Assembly (NCBI GenBank): GCA_021785655.1
Contig: JAJYET010000007.1
Location: forward strand, 8,267-72,266
Direction of reading: 5' to 3'
DNA from: a bacterium
GTDB lineage: Bacteria; Chloroflexota; Dormibacteria; Aeolococcales; Bog-877
DNA length: 64,000 bases
A program made the position numbers and the translations under genes. Shown piece after piece: positions 21,351-30,863 of this stretch. Positions within the stretch are counted from its first letter, which is position 1, and each line of letters begins with the position of its first letter. The notes below the pieces were generated by a model, which saw nothing but the letters and a program-made list of their open reading frames with translations, was not told the DNA's origin and did not search any database.

Positions 21351-21546
21351 TTGAGACGGTGCCGAATGGGCGCGGCTGCACTCCGACTTCTGCCTCGCCA
21401 AGGTCCACCTGGGGCCGGTCACCAACTGGGTTGCCGCAGCCGCGTGTCCGGGCAGCCCGGCTGCCGTCCAGCACCTGCACCGCGGCTCCCCCCCATCCCT
21501 GCACCGAGGGGGAGGCCGCCCATGGAGAAGCGGATATGCTCCCCGT

Positions 21547-22677
21547 GTGCGGCCCCCATCCCCTGCCGGCCGGGTCGGGCTCTGGGCGGTGACGCTTGGC
21601 CTGGCCAGCCTGATCTTCGAACTCGGCTTCAGAGCGTACGCCCTGTCCCCATCGGACTTTCAGACGTTCCTCGCCGCCTCCCATCGGCTCATGGCCGGCC
21701 TCCCGCTATACGGAGGGGCGTTTGTGAGCCCACCGGAGCTGGCCGCTATCCTCGTGCCGCTCACCGTGGTGCCGCTGCCGGTCGCCTACGCCATCTTCGT
21801 GATGGCCAGCATCGGGATCCTGGCCTGGGGGACCGGCTCGTATGCCAGGGAGCTTGGGCTGAATCCCTGGGGGACCGCGTTGGCAGTGGTGCTGAGCCCC
21901 CAGGGCTGGTGGGGACTCATGCTGGGCCAGCCCGACGCCTTGCTCGTGGGCCTACTCCTGCTCGCGGTGGTCGCCGTCCGCCATCAGCGCTGGGCGGTGG
22001 CCGGGGTGATTGGGCCTTGGCTCCTTCTCAAGCCGGACCTCACCTGGCCCGTTGTCCCGTTGCTCATCGCAGCAGCCTGGAAGGACGCCGGAGTCCGGCG
22101 CCAGTTGGGGACGGGGTTGGCGGTTGGGGCAAGCACCTTCCTGCTCATGGCCGGTTGGCTGCTGCCGAGCTGGGCGATCGGACTCGTCCACTTCGGCGGC
22201 CGCTCCCAGTTCCAGGGGCTGCTCAGCGGCCTTCCTGATCTCCTTGGAGGAGAGTTGCGCGCCGCCCCCGCCCATCAGATCCTGGCCTCGCCGCTGACCT
22301 GGGCGATCGTCGGAGCGGGGATCGTGTCGATGGCGGCGGCGTGGCTTCTCGCCCAGCGGCGCGCCACCAGTGTGGCACAGCTCGCAGAGTGGACGCTTCT
22401 GGTTCCGCTCGCGATCTGGATCGCCACCTCCCCATACCTCCATGCCGAGGATGCCCTCTTCGCCGTCCCGTTGGCGCTGCGCCTGGCGGACTCGGGCCAC
22501 AGCTGGTTTCGCCTGCCGGTGCTGGTCATCCTGCTCCCGTGGGTTGTCTTCCCGACCTGGGGGGCACTCGCTGCCATCTGCGCGCTGGGCCTGGCCACGG
22601 GTGGAGTCGCCCTCATGGTCCGAGAGACGGGGCCGGGCCGCGAGCGAGCGCGGGTGGATTCGGCAGCCGCCACCTAG
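21547..22677 (+). CDS. Polytopic membrane protein, GT87/DUF2029-like
   Basis: 376 aa with loop motif SPSDFQTFLAASHRLMAGLPLYG and a multi-pass hydrophobic sequence. Confidence 0.55.
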   Translation: MRPPSPAGRVGLWAVTLGLASLIFELGFRAYALSPSDFQTFLAASHRLMAGLPLYGGAFVSPPELAAILVPLTVVPLPVAYAIFVMASIGILAWGTGSYARELGLNPWGTALAVVLSPQGWWGLMLGQPDALLVGLLLLAVVAVRHQRWAVAGVIGPWLLLKPDLTWPVVPLLIAAAWKDAGVRRQLGTGLAVGASTFLLMAGWLLPSWAIGLVHFGGRSQFQGLLSGLPDLLGGELRAAPAHQILASPLTWAIVGAGIVSMAAAWLLAQRRATSVAQLAEWTLLVPLAIWIATSPYLHAEDALFAVPLALRLADSGHSWFRLPVLVILLPWVVFPTWGALAAICALGLATGGVALMVRETGPGRERARVDSAAAT

Positions 22678-22722
22678 CCTGTAGGTCTCTCGGCGTGGTG
22701 GACTGAGGCGGCCGTCCTGGCT

Positions 22723-24171
22723 TCACCCGGGAACCGGGGCATGGGTGGCCGGCGAGGCGTATGCCGGCCCGGTCCCCGCCCCACCGACCTCCATCCAGCA
22801 GGTGCGGCAGGCCTCCACCACGAGGACCAGCGCGGCCACCGGCGTGAGGGACACCGCAAGCAGGTGGATTGGGTCCAGGACGGGGAAACAAGCCAATGTG
22901 AGCATCGCCAGCCCGGCGCCAAACCCGGTGAATCGCTGGTCCTCTCTGAAGCGCCAAAGAGCGACGGCCAGAACCGCCAGCGCCGACAAGCCCACCGGCC
23001 ACGGCACCACTCTCGCGGGCCAGGCCAGAAATACCAGAAGCACCACGCCCATGGCCAGCCACAGACCGGACCCGTGGAGCCGACGCACGTCCCGGCCCAG
23101 GGTCAGCACCAGGAGCGGCAGGAGCAGGAGGTCATCGTTGTTGTGGGCGTAGGGAGTCGAAGCGAGCCAGATGCCAACCGGCAGCGAGACGGCCCAGGAG
23201 ATCCGTCCGACCTCGGTGACCCCATTCCAGGAGGCGGAGGTCACCAGCCAGGCACCGAAGATCGCCATTCCCAGGAGGGCCAGTGAGACGACCGCCAACG
23301 TGCCCGGGGTCAGCAGGTGCCCGGTGAGGCCCCACGCCGCCGGGGCGGCCTGCTGGAGCGAGGGCAGTCCGGAGAGATTGGGCTGGGTGGTGCCGATCCC
23401 CGCGGAGAAGCGCACCAGCGCATGCCCCCAGGAGGCGAGCAGTCCCGGGTTGGCGAGGAATGCCCCCAGGGAGATGGCCACGAACCCGGTGGCGAACCAG
23501 GTGATCCGGCGACGGTCGGGCCAGAGTGCGAGGGCGAGGAAGATCGGGGCCGGCCAGAGGAGATCCGGCTTGAGCCAGAGAAAGCCCAGCACCAGTCCGG
23601 CGGCGAGTGGCCGGTGATGCCAGGCCAACAGCATCGCCCCCCCGAGTGCTGCCAGCAGGAAGGCGTCGACCTGTCCGAAGAGGAAACCCTGGAAGCTGAT
23701 CCAGGAGACGAGAGCCACGCCGGCGGTCAGTCGATCGTGGGACCAACCCAGGTCGCGCAAGAGGAACACCGTGACCACGCCAGCCGCGGCGGCGCCCAAA
23801 ACGGTGAGCACCACAAAGGCCACCCAGAACGGAAGGAGCGTGAGCGGCTCCAGGACCACCCCGGTGATGGGAAGGTAGGCAAAGTAGTTGAGAGCCGGCT
23901 GCTGATAGGGGTACCGGTCGGCTCGCTGAAGGAAGTGGAGCAGAACTTGGGGCGAGTAGGGGTCTTGGCCCGCAGCCATCGCCTTGGCCGCGCCGTAGAA
24001 GACTCGGAAGTCTGAGGCGAGCCCGTAGGCATGAGGAGGGAAGACCCTGATGAGGGCCAGGAGCACCATCCCCACCGACACCCCGATGACCAGGGCTAGG
24101 ACCAGGATCCGCGGCCACCGGCTCCGGCTCTCCAACAGCTCGTCGAGACTCGGCGCTGCCCCCCCACTCAC
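22723..24171 (-). CDS. Polytopic membrane protein, GT87/DUF2029-like; last gene of the Tad-containing operon
   Basis: The loop motif ASDFRVFYGAAKAMAAGQDPYS is the best PimE-like match in the window. GTG 24171 lies 7 nt after the ABC permease stop. The track ORF extension to 24372 overlaps that permease. Confidence 0.6.
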   Translation of the reverse strand: MSGGAAPSLDELLESRSRWPRILVLALVIGVSVGMVLLALIRVFPPHAYGLASDFRVFYGAAKAMAAGQDPYSPQVLLHFLQRADRYPYQQPALNYFAYLPITGVVLEPLTLLPFWVAFVVLTVLGAAAAGVVTVFLLRDLGWSHDRLTAGVALVSWISFQGFLFGQVDAFLLAALGGAMLLAWHHRPLAAGLVLGFLWLKPDLLWPAPIFLALALWPDRRRITWFATGFVAISLGAFLANPGLLASWGHALVRFSAGIGTTQPNLSGLPSLQQAAPAAWGLTGHLLTPGTLAVVSLALLGMAIFGAWLVTSASWNGVTEVGRISWAVSLPVGIWLASTPYAHNNDDLLLLPLLVLTLGRDVRRLHGSGLWLAMGVVLLVFLAWPARVVPWPVGLSALAVLAVALWRFREDQRFTGFGAGLAMLTLACFPVLDPIHLLAVSLTPVAALVLVVEACRTCWMEVGGAGTGPAYASPATHAPVPG

Positions 24172-24178
24172 CGGGCGC

Positions 24179-26686
24179 TCACTCCACGGCGAGCGCTTCG
24201 GTCGGATCCGTCCGGGCCAGCTGCCGGGCGGGAAGCACCGCAGCCAGCGCCAGCGCCAGCACCACCGCCACCGCCACCGCCAGCACCGCGGCCAGGGAGA
24301 CGCTGAAGGGGAGCGGGAGGTAGGGCGTGGAGGCCGCGGCGACCTCGGGGTAGACAAGTCCCACCCCGGCACCCACCCCCAGGACCGCTCCCAGGAGCGC
24401 GGTGGCGGCGGCCTGTCCGATCACGGCCCGGCCGAGCGCCGCCCGCCCCAGCCCCAGGACCCTGAGCAGGGCCAGCTCTCTGGTGGCCTCCCGGGTGTCC
24501 AGGACCACGGTGTCGACGGCGGCCAGGACCGCGATCACCACCCCCACCAGGGCCACCGAGGAGAGCAGGGCGATGTCGCCCTGGATCCCCCGATCCACCC
24601 CCTGCTGGACTGCGGCCACCGTCTCCGGCTGCATTCCGTAGCGGAATGCAGCCAGTCGCACGGCGGCGGCCGCGCCGGGACCGCTGGCCCGCAGCTGGAT
24701 CAGATTGAAGCCATCCGCCCCAGAACCGAAATCCCTCACCGCCGCGGCCCTGGAGATGACGACGCTCTCGACCCCCCCAGGCCCCGGGAGGGTGTGGGCG
24801 ACCACTCCCACCACCCGGAACCGTCCCCTTCCCCCCGCGGCGACCAAGTCGAGCACGGAGCCCGGGCCGGCGTGAACCGCCTGGGCGAGCTGGAGCGGGA
24901 TGATCACCCCCGACCCCCGCTCTGCCAGACGCAGAGCCTGCTCGCGCTGGCCCTCCACGAACTGCAGGGCCCCGCTGGCCCCGTAGGCGGGCAGGCTGGT
25001 GGCCGCAATCGTCACCGCTAGGTGGCCGGCGCGGGCGGGTAAGAACCTGATCGGAGCCACCTCCGAGACGCTGGGATGGCCGCTCGCCCGCCGCACCGCC
25101 GCCAGCAGCTGGGCCTCCACCTGGGAGCTCTGGACCACGGGGCCGACCACGAGATAGTTGCCCACGAACAGGCGGCCCACCCACAGGTTTCCGGAGAGGA
25201 GGGCGGAGGAGGTGATCCCCGCCAGGCTGGCCGCGGTGGCCATGGAGACGAAGAGGCTCCCCAGCGCCAGCGAGGTCCGGCCCGGCCGGGTCCTCGCCCG
25301 GGTGGCGACCGCCGCCACCGGCGCCACCAGCAGGCCCCCCACCACGGAGGCCAGGATGCCCACCAAGCGTGGGCCCTGCCAGCCCAGGAGGCAGAGCACG
25401 GCCGCATAGGTGAGGGTCGCCCCCAGCGCCACCCCCCAGCTTCCTCCGGCCGAGAACGCCACCGCCGCGCCCAGTGCTGCGAAGAGACCGACTAGGGGCC
25501 AGGCGCGCGCCCAGGTGCGGCTGCTGCGCCGGGGGCGCGGCCGCACCGCCTCCAGCGGGCGGGTCGTCGCCGCCTCGACCGCGGGCGCGAGAGAGGCCGC
25601 CAGCGCCAGCGCCACGGTGAGCAGCACGCTTCCCAGGGTCCACCCCCACTGGAAGCGGATCCCCACCCCGGGCGAGGAGCTGGTGGCGCTGGAGATCGCC
25701 ACCAGAACGGCAGCCAGCACGTATCCAGCCGCGGCTCCCAGGACCCCGCCCAGCAGCCCCACCGTCAGGGCCTCACGGATGAAGCTGCGAAACACCAGGG
25801 TGCGGCTGGCGCCGGCCAGGCGCGCCAGGCCGATCTCCCGGCGGCGCTCCAAGACCACAGACGACAGGGTGGCGCCGACCAGGGCCACCGCCAGGAGCAG
25901 GCTGAGGGCGGTCACCGCGTCCAGGACCGGAGCCAGCTGGGAGACCGGGTCCTGGCCCGCCGGGCGGGCCGCGCTCACCGTGAAGTCCTGGTGAAGGGCG
26001 GAGGGCAGCTCTCGGTCGAGGGCTCCCACGGTGGCTCCGGGGCGGAGCCGGACGGCGATCTCCTGGACCCCGAGCCCGGAGGCGAAGAGGCGCAGCGCGG
26101 TGGCGGACGTCACGTAGACTGCGTCGCCCGTGAACGGCGCCCCGGGGCCGGAGTCTGGTACCACCCCCACCACCCGGAACTTCCCCACGCCCCTGGACTC
26201 GGTGAGGCCGATGGACCCTCCGAGCCCGACCGCGCCGGATGCCCCCTGGCCGGTGGAGGCGGAGAACCCCGGGCTCAGCGACTGGCTGACCGCGACCACT
26301 TTCCCGGACCCCGGCCGACCGCCCCGCAGCAGGGGTAGCGGCCGCAGGGCCACCCCCTGCGGATAGACCACCACCAGCACCACCTGCTGGAAGCCCCCGC
26401 CCGGCAGCCGGGCCAGGTCCGCCTTGCTGGTCAGCAGGCCGACATCAGAGACCGCAGGGAGCTTCTGCACCGCGGCCACCTCGGAAGGAGAGAAGCCCGG
26501 CCGGCTGAACGGAGATATGTCGTACTGGGCGCGCCCGGCCGCAAGCTGGGCCGCACGCTCCGCCTGGGCGTGCAGGGCCGCCGCGGCCAGCTGGGTGCCG
26601 AGCACCGACGCCCCACCCAGAGCGAGCGCCGCGACCGCCAGCAGGAGCCTTGCCAGCGCCGAGCGCCGCCAGAGAAGGGGGATCAC
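24179..26686 (-). CDS. ABC transporter permease with two FtsX/MacB-type domains
   Basis: 835 aa. The unit TM - large extracytoplasmic domain - three-helix FtsX bundle occurs twice. GTG start lies 12 nt after the ATPase stop, with GGGGGA upstream. Confidence 0.8.
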   Translation of the reverse strand: MIPLLWRRSALARLLLAVAALALGGASVLGTQLAAAALHAQAERAAQLAAGRAQYDISPFSRPGFSPSEVAAVQKLPAVSDVGLLTSKADLARLPGGGFQQVVLVVVYPQGVALRPLPLLRGGRPGSGKVVAVSQSLSPGFSASTGQGASGAVGLGGSIGLTESRGVGKFRVVGVVPDSGPGAPFTGDAVYVTSATALRLFASGLGVQEIAVRLRPGATVGALDRELPSALHQDFTVSAARPAGQDPVSQLAPVLDAVTALSLLLAVALVGATLSSVVLERRREIGLARLAGASRTLVFRSFIREALTVGLLGGVLGAAAGYVLAAVLVAISSATSSSPGVGIRFQWGWTLGSVLLTVALALAASLAPAVEAATTRPLEAVRPRPRRSSRTWARAWPLVGLFAALGAAVAFSAGGSWGVALGATLTYAAVLCLLGWQGPRLVGILASVVGGLLVAPVAAVATRARTRPGRTSLALGSLFVSMATAASLAGITSSALLSGNLWVGRLFVGNYLVVGPVVQSSQVEAQLLAAVRRASGHPSVSEVAPIRFLPARAGHLAVTIAATSLPAYGASGALQFVEGQREQALRLAERGSGVIIPLQLAQAVHAGPGSVLDLVAAGGRGRFRVVGVVAHTLPGPGGVESVVISRAAAVRDFGSGADGFNLIQLRASGPGAAAAVRLAAFRYGMQPETVAAVQQGVDRGIQGDIALLSSVALVGVVIAVLAAVDTVVLDTREATRELALLRVLGLGRAALGRAVIGQAAATALLGAVLGVGAGVGLVYPEVAAASTPYLPLPFSVSLAAVLAVAVAVVLALALAAVLPARQLARTDPTEALAVE

Positions 26687-26698
26687 GGCCAGGTCCCC

Positions 26699-27493
26699 CT
26701 AGAGGCCATGGGCCGAGAGGCGCTCCAGCAGGGGGGCGGTGTCGTGGACGCTGCGGCGGCCCAGCTCCACGGTCTCGCGGATCTCCCCGTCCACCATGAT
26801 CGCCACGCGCTCCGCGTAGGCGGCGGTGCGCACGTCGTGGGTAACCATGACGATGGTGCGCTGGTCCTGGCGCGAGAGCCGCAGCAGCAGCTCCAGGACC
26901 GCGCGCCCCCCGTGGTAGTCCAGGGTGCCGGTGGGCTCGTCGGCCAGCACCACCGCCGGGTCGGCGACCAGGGCACGGGCCACCGCCACCCGCTGCTGCT
27001 CCCCCCCGGCGATCTCCTCCGGGCGGTGGCCCTGCAGCCCCCTCAGCCCGAGGAGGTTCATCACCTCCTCGGCCCGGTTGCGGGCGTCCCGGTCCCGTCC
27101 CAGCCCGCGCAGCGGCCAGACGCGCTCCCGCTCTAGGCGGTAGGGAAGCATCACGTTCTCGGCGGCGGTGAGGCTGGGCAACAGGTTGAAGAACTGGAAG
27201 ACGAAGCCGATCTGATTGCGCCGGAAGGCGGCCAGTTCCCGGTCGCTGAGCGCGTAGAGGTCCTGGCCCTGGATCCGCACCCGCCCCGAGGTGGGCTGGC
27301 TGAGCCCCCCCAGCATGTGCAGCAGCGTGGACTTGCCACAGCCGCTCGGCCCCATGACGGCGAAGAACTCTCCGCGGTGGACCTGGAGCGAGACCCCCCG
27401 CACCACCTCCCGAGGCGTCCTGCTGATGGCGTATGACTTGTGAAGGCCCTCGGCGTCCAGGACGGACGGCTGGGCCGCCTCCACCTCACTCAT
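26699..27493 (-). CDS. ABC transporter ATP-binding protein (MacB/LolD-like)
   Basis: Walker A GPSGCGKST, Q-loop FVFQFFNLL, atypical signature IAGGEQQRV, Walker B VVLADEPTGTLD, H-loop VTHD. Confidence 0.9.
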   Translation of the reverse strand: MSEVEAAQPSVLDAEGLHKSYAISRTPREVVRGVSLQVHRGEFFAVMGPSGCGKSTLLHMLGGLSQPTSGRVRIQGQDLYALSDRELAAFRRNQIGFVFQFFNLLPSLTAAENVMLPYRLERERVWPLRGLGRDRDARNRAEEVMNLLGLRGLQGHRPEEIAGGEQQRVAVARALVADPAVVLADEPTGTLDYHGGRAVLELLLRLSRQDQRTIVMVTHDVRTAAYAERVAIMVDGEIRETVELGRRSVHDTAPLLERLSAHGL

Positions 27494-28325
27494 CCAGATA
27501 GCCGCTGATCACCTGCTCGATGGTATTGGAGAGGAAGCCCCCCTGAGACCTCGGATAGCGCGCCTCCACGCCCCGCCGGGGTGGCCTCGGCTTGGGCGTG
27601 GGAGTGGGGGTCGGGGTGGCCGCGGGCGTGGGTGTGGGTGTGGGTGTGGGCGTGGCGTGGCTCCCGCCCGCCCCTCCGCCAGAGCTGGGCGGTGGCGGAG
27701 GCGGGGGCGGCGGTGCGGAGGCGGCGATCAGGGCGAACTCCTCGGCGAACATGTACACGTCGCTCCAGGGACCACCTCCGCTGCCGGGGTAGTTCCACTG
27801 CGCGGTGGTGTACCACGACCCCACCCCCAGGATGTTGTAGTCGCCGAGGATGTTGGCCCGGTGCGCGGGGGACGCCATGAAGGCGCTGTTGATGGCCACC
27901 GCCGGGCTGGCGTTCCCGGAGTTCCAGCCCACGTTCTCCCCCGCCGACCGCCAGGCGATCCCGTCGGCGGACATGATCGGCCACACATAGCCGCCATCGG
28001 CGCTGCAGCCGGGGATCTGGTGGGAGAAGTAGTCGCGGTTGAGCATGTCCGCGGCCCTCCCGTAGATCGGGGAGACGCTGCAACCGTAGTAGGGACGCGC
28101 CTCTCCGATCCCATCCAGGGTGGCGTTGTTGGCGAGCGCGCCCAGCCCGTTGCTGGTCCGGTCCTGGTTGACCAGGGAGAACAGCTCGCCGTCCAGGCCG
28201 GTGGGAGACCCGCTCTGGGCCAGGGCCGGGCGGAGACCCGGGCCCAGAAGCAGGAGGGCGGTGGCAGCGCCCAGGGCCGCCAGGAGCAGCCGGCCCCGGG
28301 GCAGGGGACGGGCGTGCCTAGCCAA
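27486..28325 (-). CDS. Secreted CAP/SCP (PR-1-like) domain protein with a Pro/Thr-rich C-terminal linker
   Basis: Signal-peptide-like N-terminus (LLLAALGAATALLLLGPGLRPALAQS). CAP motifs LVNQDRTSNGLGAL, DYFSHQ, AGENVGWN, SPAHRANILG..GVG. Then PPPPPPPP and a PTPTPTPTP run. Confidence 0.7.
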   Translation of the reverse strand: MARHARPLPRGRLLLAALGAATALLLLGPGLRPALAQSGSPTGLDGELFSLVNQDRTSNGLGALANNATLDGIGEARPYYGCSVSPIYGRAADMLNRDYFSHQIPGCSADGGYVWPIMSADGIAWRSAGENVGWNSGNASPAVAINSAFMASPAHRANILGDYNILGVGSWYTTAQWNYPGSGGGPWSDVYMFAEEFALIAASAPPPPPPPPPSSGGGAGGSHATPTPTPTPTPAATPTPTPTPKPRPPRRGVEARYPRSQGGFLSNTIEQVISGYLDE

Positions 28326-29505
28326 GCCGCCGCTGCAGGGGACCGGCGGGTGGGGTGGGCAGCCTGACCGCCGCCACCTGGTCGCCGCGGCGGTCGGGGA
28401 AGAGCCGGGAGATCTCGGGAGGCAGCGGCAGCCCCATGTCGAAGAGGCGATCGAGGATCTGGGGCCGGACGCCGGTCAGCTCGAGGGTGGTCTTGAGGTT
28501 GCCCTGGTTGTCCGCCCCCTCGGACTTCATGAGGAAGATGTCCTGCATGCTGATGGTCTCCCCCTCCATCCCCACCACCTCGCTGACGGCGGTGATCCGG
28601 CGGCTCCCGTCCCGGAGCCGATTGAGCTGGACCACGATGTTGATGGCGGAGGCGATCTGCTGGCGGATGGCCTTGCTGGGAAGCTCGATCCCTCCCATGA
28701 GGACCTGGGTCTCGAGCCGGGAGAGGCTGTCCCTGGGGGAGTTGGCGTGGACTGTGGTCATGGAGCCGTCGTGGCCGGTGTTCATCGCCTGGAGCATGTC
28801 CAGCGCCTCGCCACCGCGCACCTCCCCCACCACGATCCGGTCCGGGCGCATGCGCAGGGCGTTGATCACCAGGTCGCGGATGGCGATCCGGCCCTCGCCC
28901 CGGACGTCTGGGGGGCGGGACTCCAGCCGGCAGACATGCTCCTGGTGGAGCTGGAGCTCGGCGGCGTCCTCCACCGTTACGATGCGCTCGTCCGGGGGGA
29001 TGAAGCCGGAGCAGATGTTGAGCAGGGTGGTCTTCCCCGCCCCGGTGCCCCCGGAGATGAGGATGTTGGCCCGGGCCAGGACGCTGGCTTGGAGGAACGA
29101 GGCCGCGGCCTCGGTGATGGTACCGAAGTGGATCAGGTCGGTGATCCGCAGCCGCTCCTTGGCGAACTTGCGAATGGTGAGCATGGGCCCGTCGATGGCC
29201 ACCGGCGGGACCACGGCGTTGACCCGCGAGCCGTCCAGCAGGCGGGCGTCGCAGAGGGGCTGGCGGGTGTCGATCCGCCGCCCCACCGCGGAGACGATGA
29301 GGTCGATGACCTTGAGGAGATGCTCCTGATCCTTGAAGCGGACGTCGGTGAGCAGGATCCGGCCGTGCGCCTCCACGTACACCATGTCGGGGCCCACCAC
29401 CATGATCTCGGTCAAGTTGTCGTCCTCGACCAGGACCCGGAGGGGGCCGAGCGCCTGGAGGTATCCCTCCTGATCCGACGCGGCTTCGGCTTGTGACATC
29501 ACCAT
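28318..29505 (-). CDS. Second CpaF/TadA-family secretion ATPase (short form)
   Basis: 395 aa with Walker A GGTGAGKTT, RPDRIVVGEVRGGEA and NTGHDGSMTTVH. It aligns by eye along its length with the upstream CpaF but lacks that protein's N-terminal extension of about 120 aa. Confidence 0.9.
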   Translation of the reverse strand: MVMSQAEAASDQEGYLQALGPLRVLVEDDNLTEIMVVGPDMVYVEAHGRILLTDVRFKDQEHLLKVIDLIVSAVGRRIDTRQPLCDARLLDGSRVNAVVPPVAIDGPMLTIRKFAKERLRITDLIHFGTITEAAASFLQASVLARANILISGGTGAGKTTLLNICSGFIPPDERIVTVEDAAELQLHQEHVCRLESRPPDVRGEGRIAIRDLVINALRMRPDRIVVGEVRGGEALDMLQAMNTGHDGSMTTVHANSPRDSLSRLETQVLMGGIELPSKAIRQQIASAINIVVQLNRLRDGSRRITAVSEVVGMEGETISMQDIFLMKSEGADNQGNLKTTLELTGVRPQILDRLFDMGLPLPPEISRLFPDRRGDQVAAVRLPTPPAGPLQRRLG

Positions 29506-29509
29506 GGGG

Positions 29510-29950
29510 TTACTCCAAAGTCAGCTGGGGGTGGGGGGAGAGTCCGGGCACCGGGCGCAGAAGCAGCCGGGCTGGCAGGGAGAAGCCCATCCGCTCCAGC
29601 GTGCCGGGGGCCAGCTCCAAGGTGGAGCGGGCGCCCCGGACCGGCGAGAGGGTCACCGAGAAGGGACGCAGCGACCAGGGTCGCATCCGGGAGACCGAGC
29701 GCACCACCTCGCCCTCGGCGTCGAGGAAGAGAAGGTCGATGGCGGTGCGCATGAAGAACATGTGGATGCTCCGGCAGGGCACCAGCCAGATCCCCTCCCC
29801 CGCCGGCACCTCCCTCCTGCCCATCAGCCCGAGGAAGCGGCTCAAGAGCCCCCTGGCCACCCTCACCCGGGCGGCCAGCTGGCGGCCGTCGGGCAGGAGC
29901 ACCTCCACGACGTCCGCCCGCTCCGGCAGCGACCTTCGCTCAGCCGACAT
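29510..29950 (-). CDS. DUF192 (COG1430-like) domain protein
   Basis: 146 aa. The segment RGLLSRFLGLMGRREVPAGEGIWLVPCRSIHMFFMRTAIDLLFLD is the pattern I associate with DUF192. No signal peptide. Its start overlaps the tadC stop by 11 nt. Confidence 0.6.
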   Translation of the reverse strand: MSAERRSLPERADVVEVLLPDGRQLAARVRVARGLLSRFLGLMGRREVPAGEGIWLVPCRSIHMFFMRTAIDLLFLDAEGEVVRSVSRMRPWSLRPFSVTLSPVRGARSTLELAPGTLERMGFSLPARLLLRPVPGLSPHPQLTLE

Positions 29951-30860
29951 GGAAGAGCAGGTGGACCGCCGGCGGCCCCAGGAGGATCACGAACAGGGTC
30001 GGGAAGATGCAGCCAACCATGGGGAAGAGCATCTTTAGGCTGGCCTGCTGGGCCTTGGCCTCGGCGCGCTGCCGACGGCGCCGGCGGAGCTCGTCCGACT
30101 GGATGCGCAGCACCCGGGCGATGCCCACACCGAGCTGGTCAGACTGGACCAGCGCCTGGATGAAGGCGTTCAGCTCCGGAACCCCCGAGCGCTTGCCCAT
30201 CTCCTCGAGCGCCTCCTGCCGCGGCCGGCCCAGGCGGATCTCGTTGAGCACGAAGGCGAACTCCCGCGAGAGGGCGTTGTCGAACTTCTCCACCACCCGG
30301 TTGAGGGCGGCGTCGAAACCCAGTCCGGCCTCCACGCTGATGGTGAGCAGGTCCAGGCTGTTGGGAAGCGCCAGGGTGATCTCCTTCTGGCGGGCCGAGA
30401 CCGTGCGCTTCAGGAGGTACTGGGGAGTGATGTAGCCGAAGACCGCCCCGAAGAGCAGCCCCAGCCACCAGGTGAGGTTCAGCAGGATCGCCAGCCCGAT
30501 GCAGGCCAGGCCGAGGACCACCGCCAGCACCACCTGAATGGCCATCAGGCTGGCGGCGTTGATCCCCATGGGCCGCCCCGCGAGATCGATCATCACCTGC
30601 ACCTTCTGGGCCCGGTCGCGGGGCTGAAGGGCGGCCAGCCTCTTCCCTATGCGGTCGAAGAAGGGCCGCAGCACCCGCTCGCTGAAGGGGCGGGAGAGCT
30701 CGATCTGGTCCAGGGTCTGGTTGGCCTCGGGGGCCTCGTACACGGCCAGCCGGGCGTCCAGGAGGTCCACCGGGGCGGCGGTGCGCGAGGTCACCCCCAC
30801 CACCACCAAGAAGACGGCGACCGCCGCCAGGACCCCGACCAGGATGGCGTCAACCGACAT
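29940..30860 (-). CDS. tadC: Tad pilus inner-membrane platform protein TadC (T2SS-F family)
   Basis: 306 aa with an N-terminal TM, a cytoplasmic T2SSF-like helical domain (LPNSLDLLTISVEAGLGFDAAL) and C-terminal TMs. It is the second of two F-family genes after cpaF. Confidence 0.8.
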   Translation of the reverse strand: MSVDAILVGVLAAVAVFLVVVGVTSRTAAPVDLLDARLAVYEAPEANQTLDQIELSRPFSERVLRPFFDRIGKRLAALQPRDRAQKVQVMIDLAGRPMGINAASLMAIQVVLAVVLGLACIGLAILLNLTWWLGLLFGAVFGYITPQYLLKRTVSARQKEITLALPNSLDLLTISVEAGLGFDAALNRVVEKFDNALSREFAFVLNEIRLGRPRQEALEEMGKRSGVPELNAFIQALVQSDQLGVGIARVLRIQSDELRRRRRQRAEAKAQQASLKMLFPMVGCIFPTLFVILLGPPAVHLLFHVG

Positions 30861-30863
30861 GGC

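Noticed and set aside
27594-27660. Tandem GTGGGT/GCGTGG hexamer-like repeats.
   Set aside because: They lie inside the CAP-domain gene and simply encode its PTPTPTPTP linker. This is not a CRISPR array or a regulatory microsatellite, although length polymorphism of the linker is possible.
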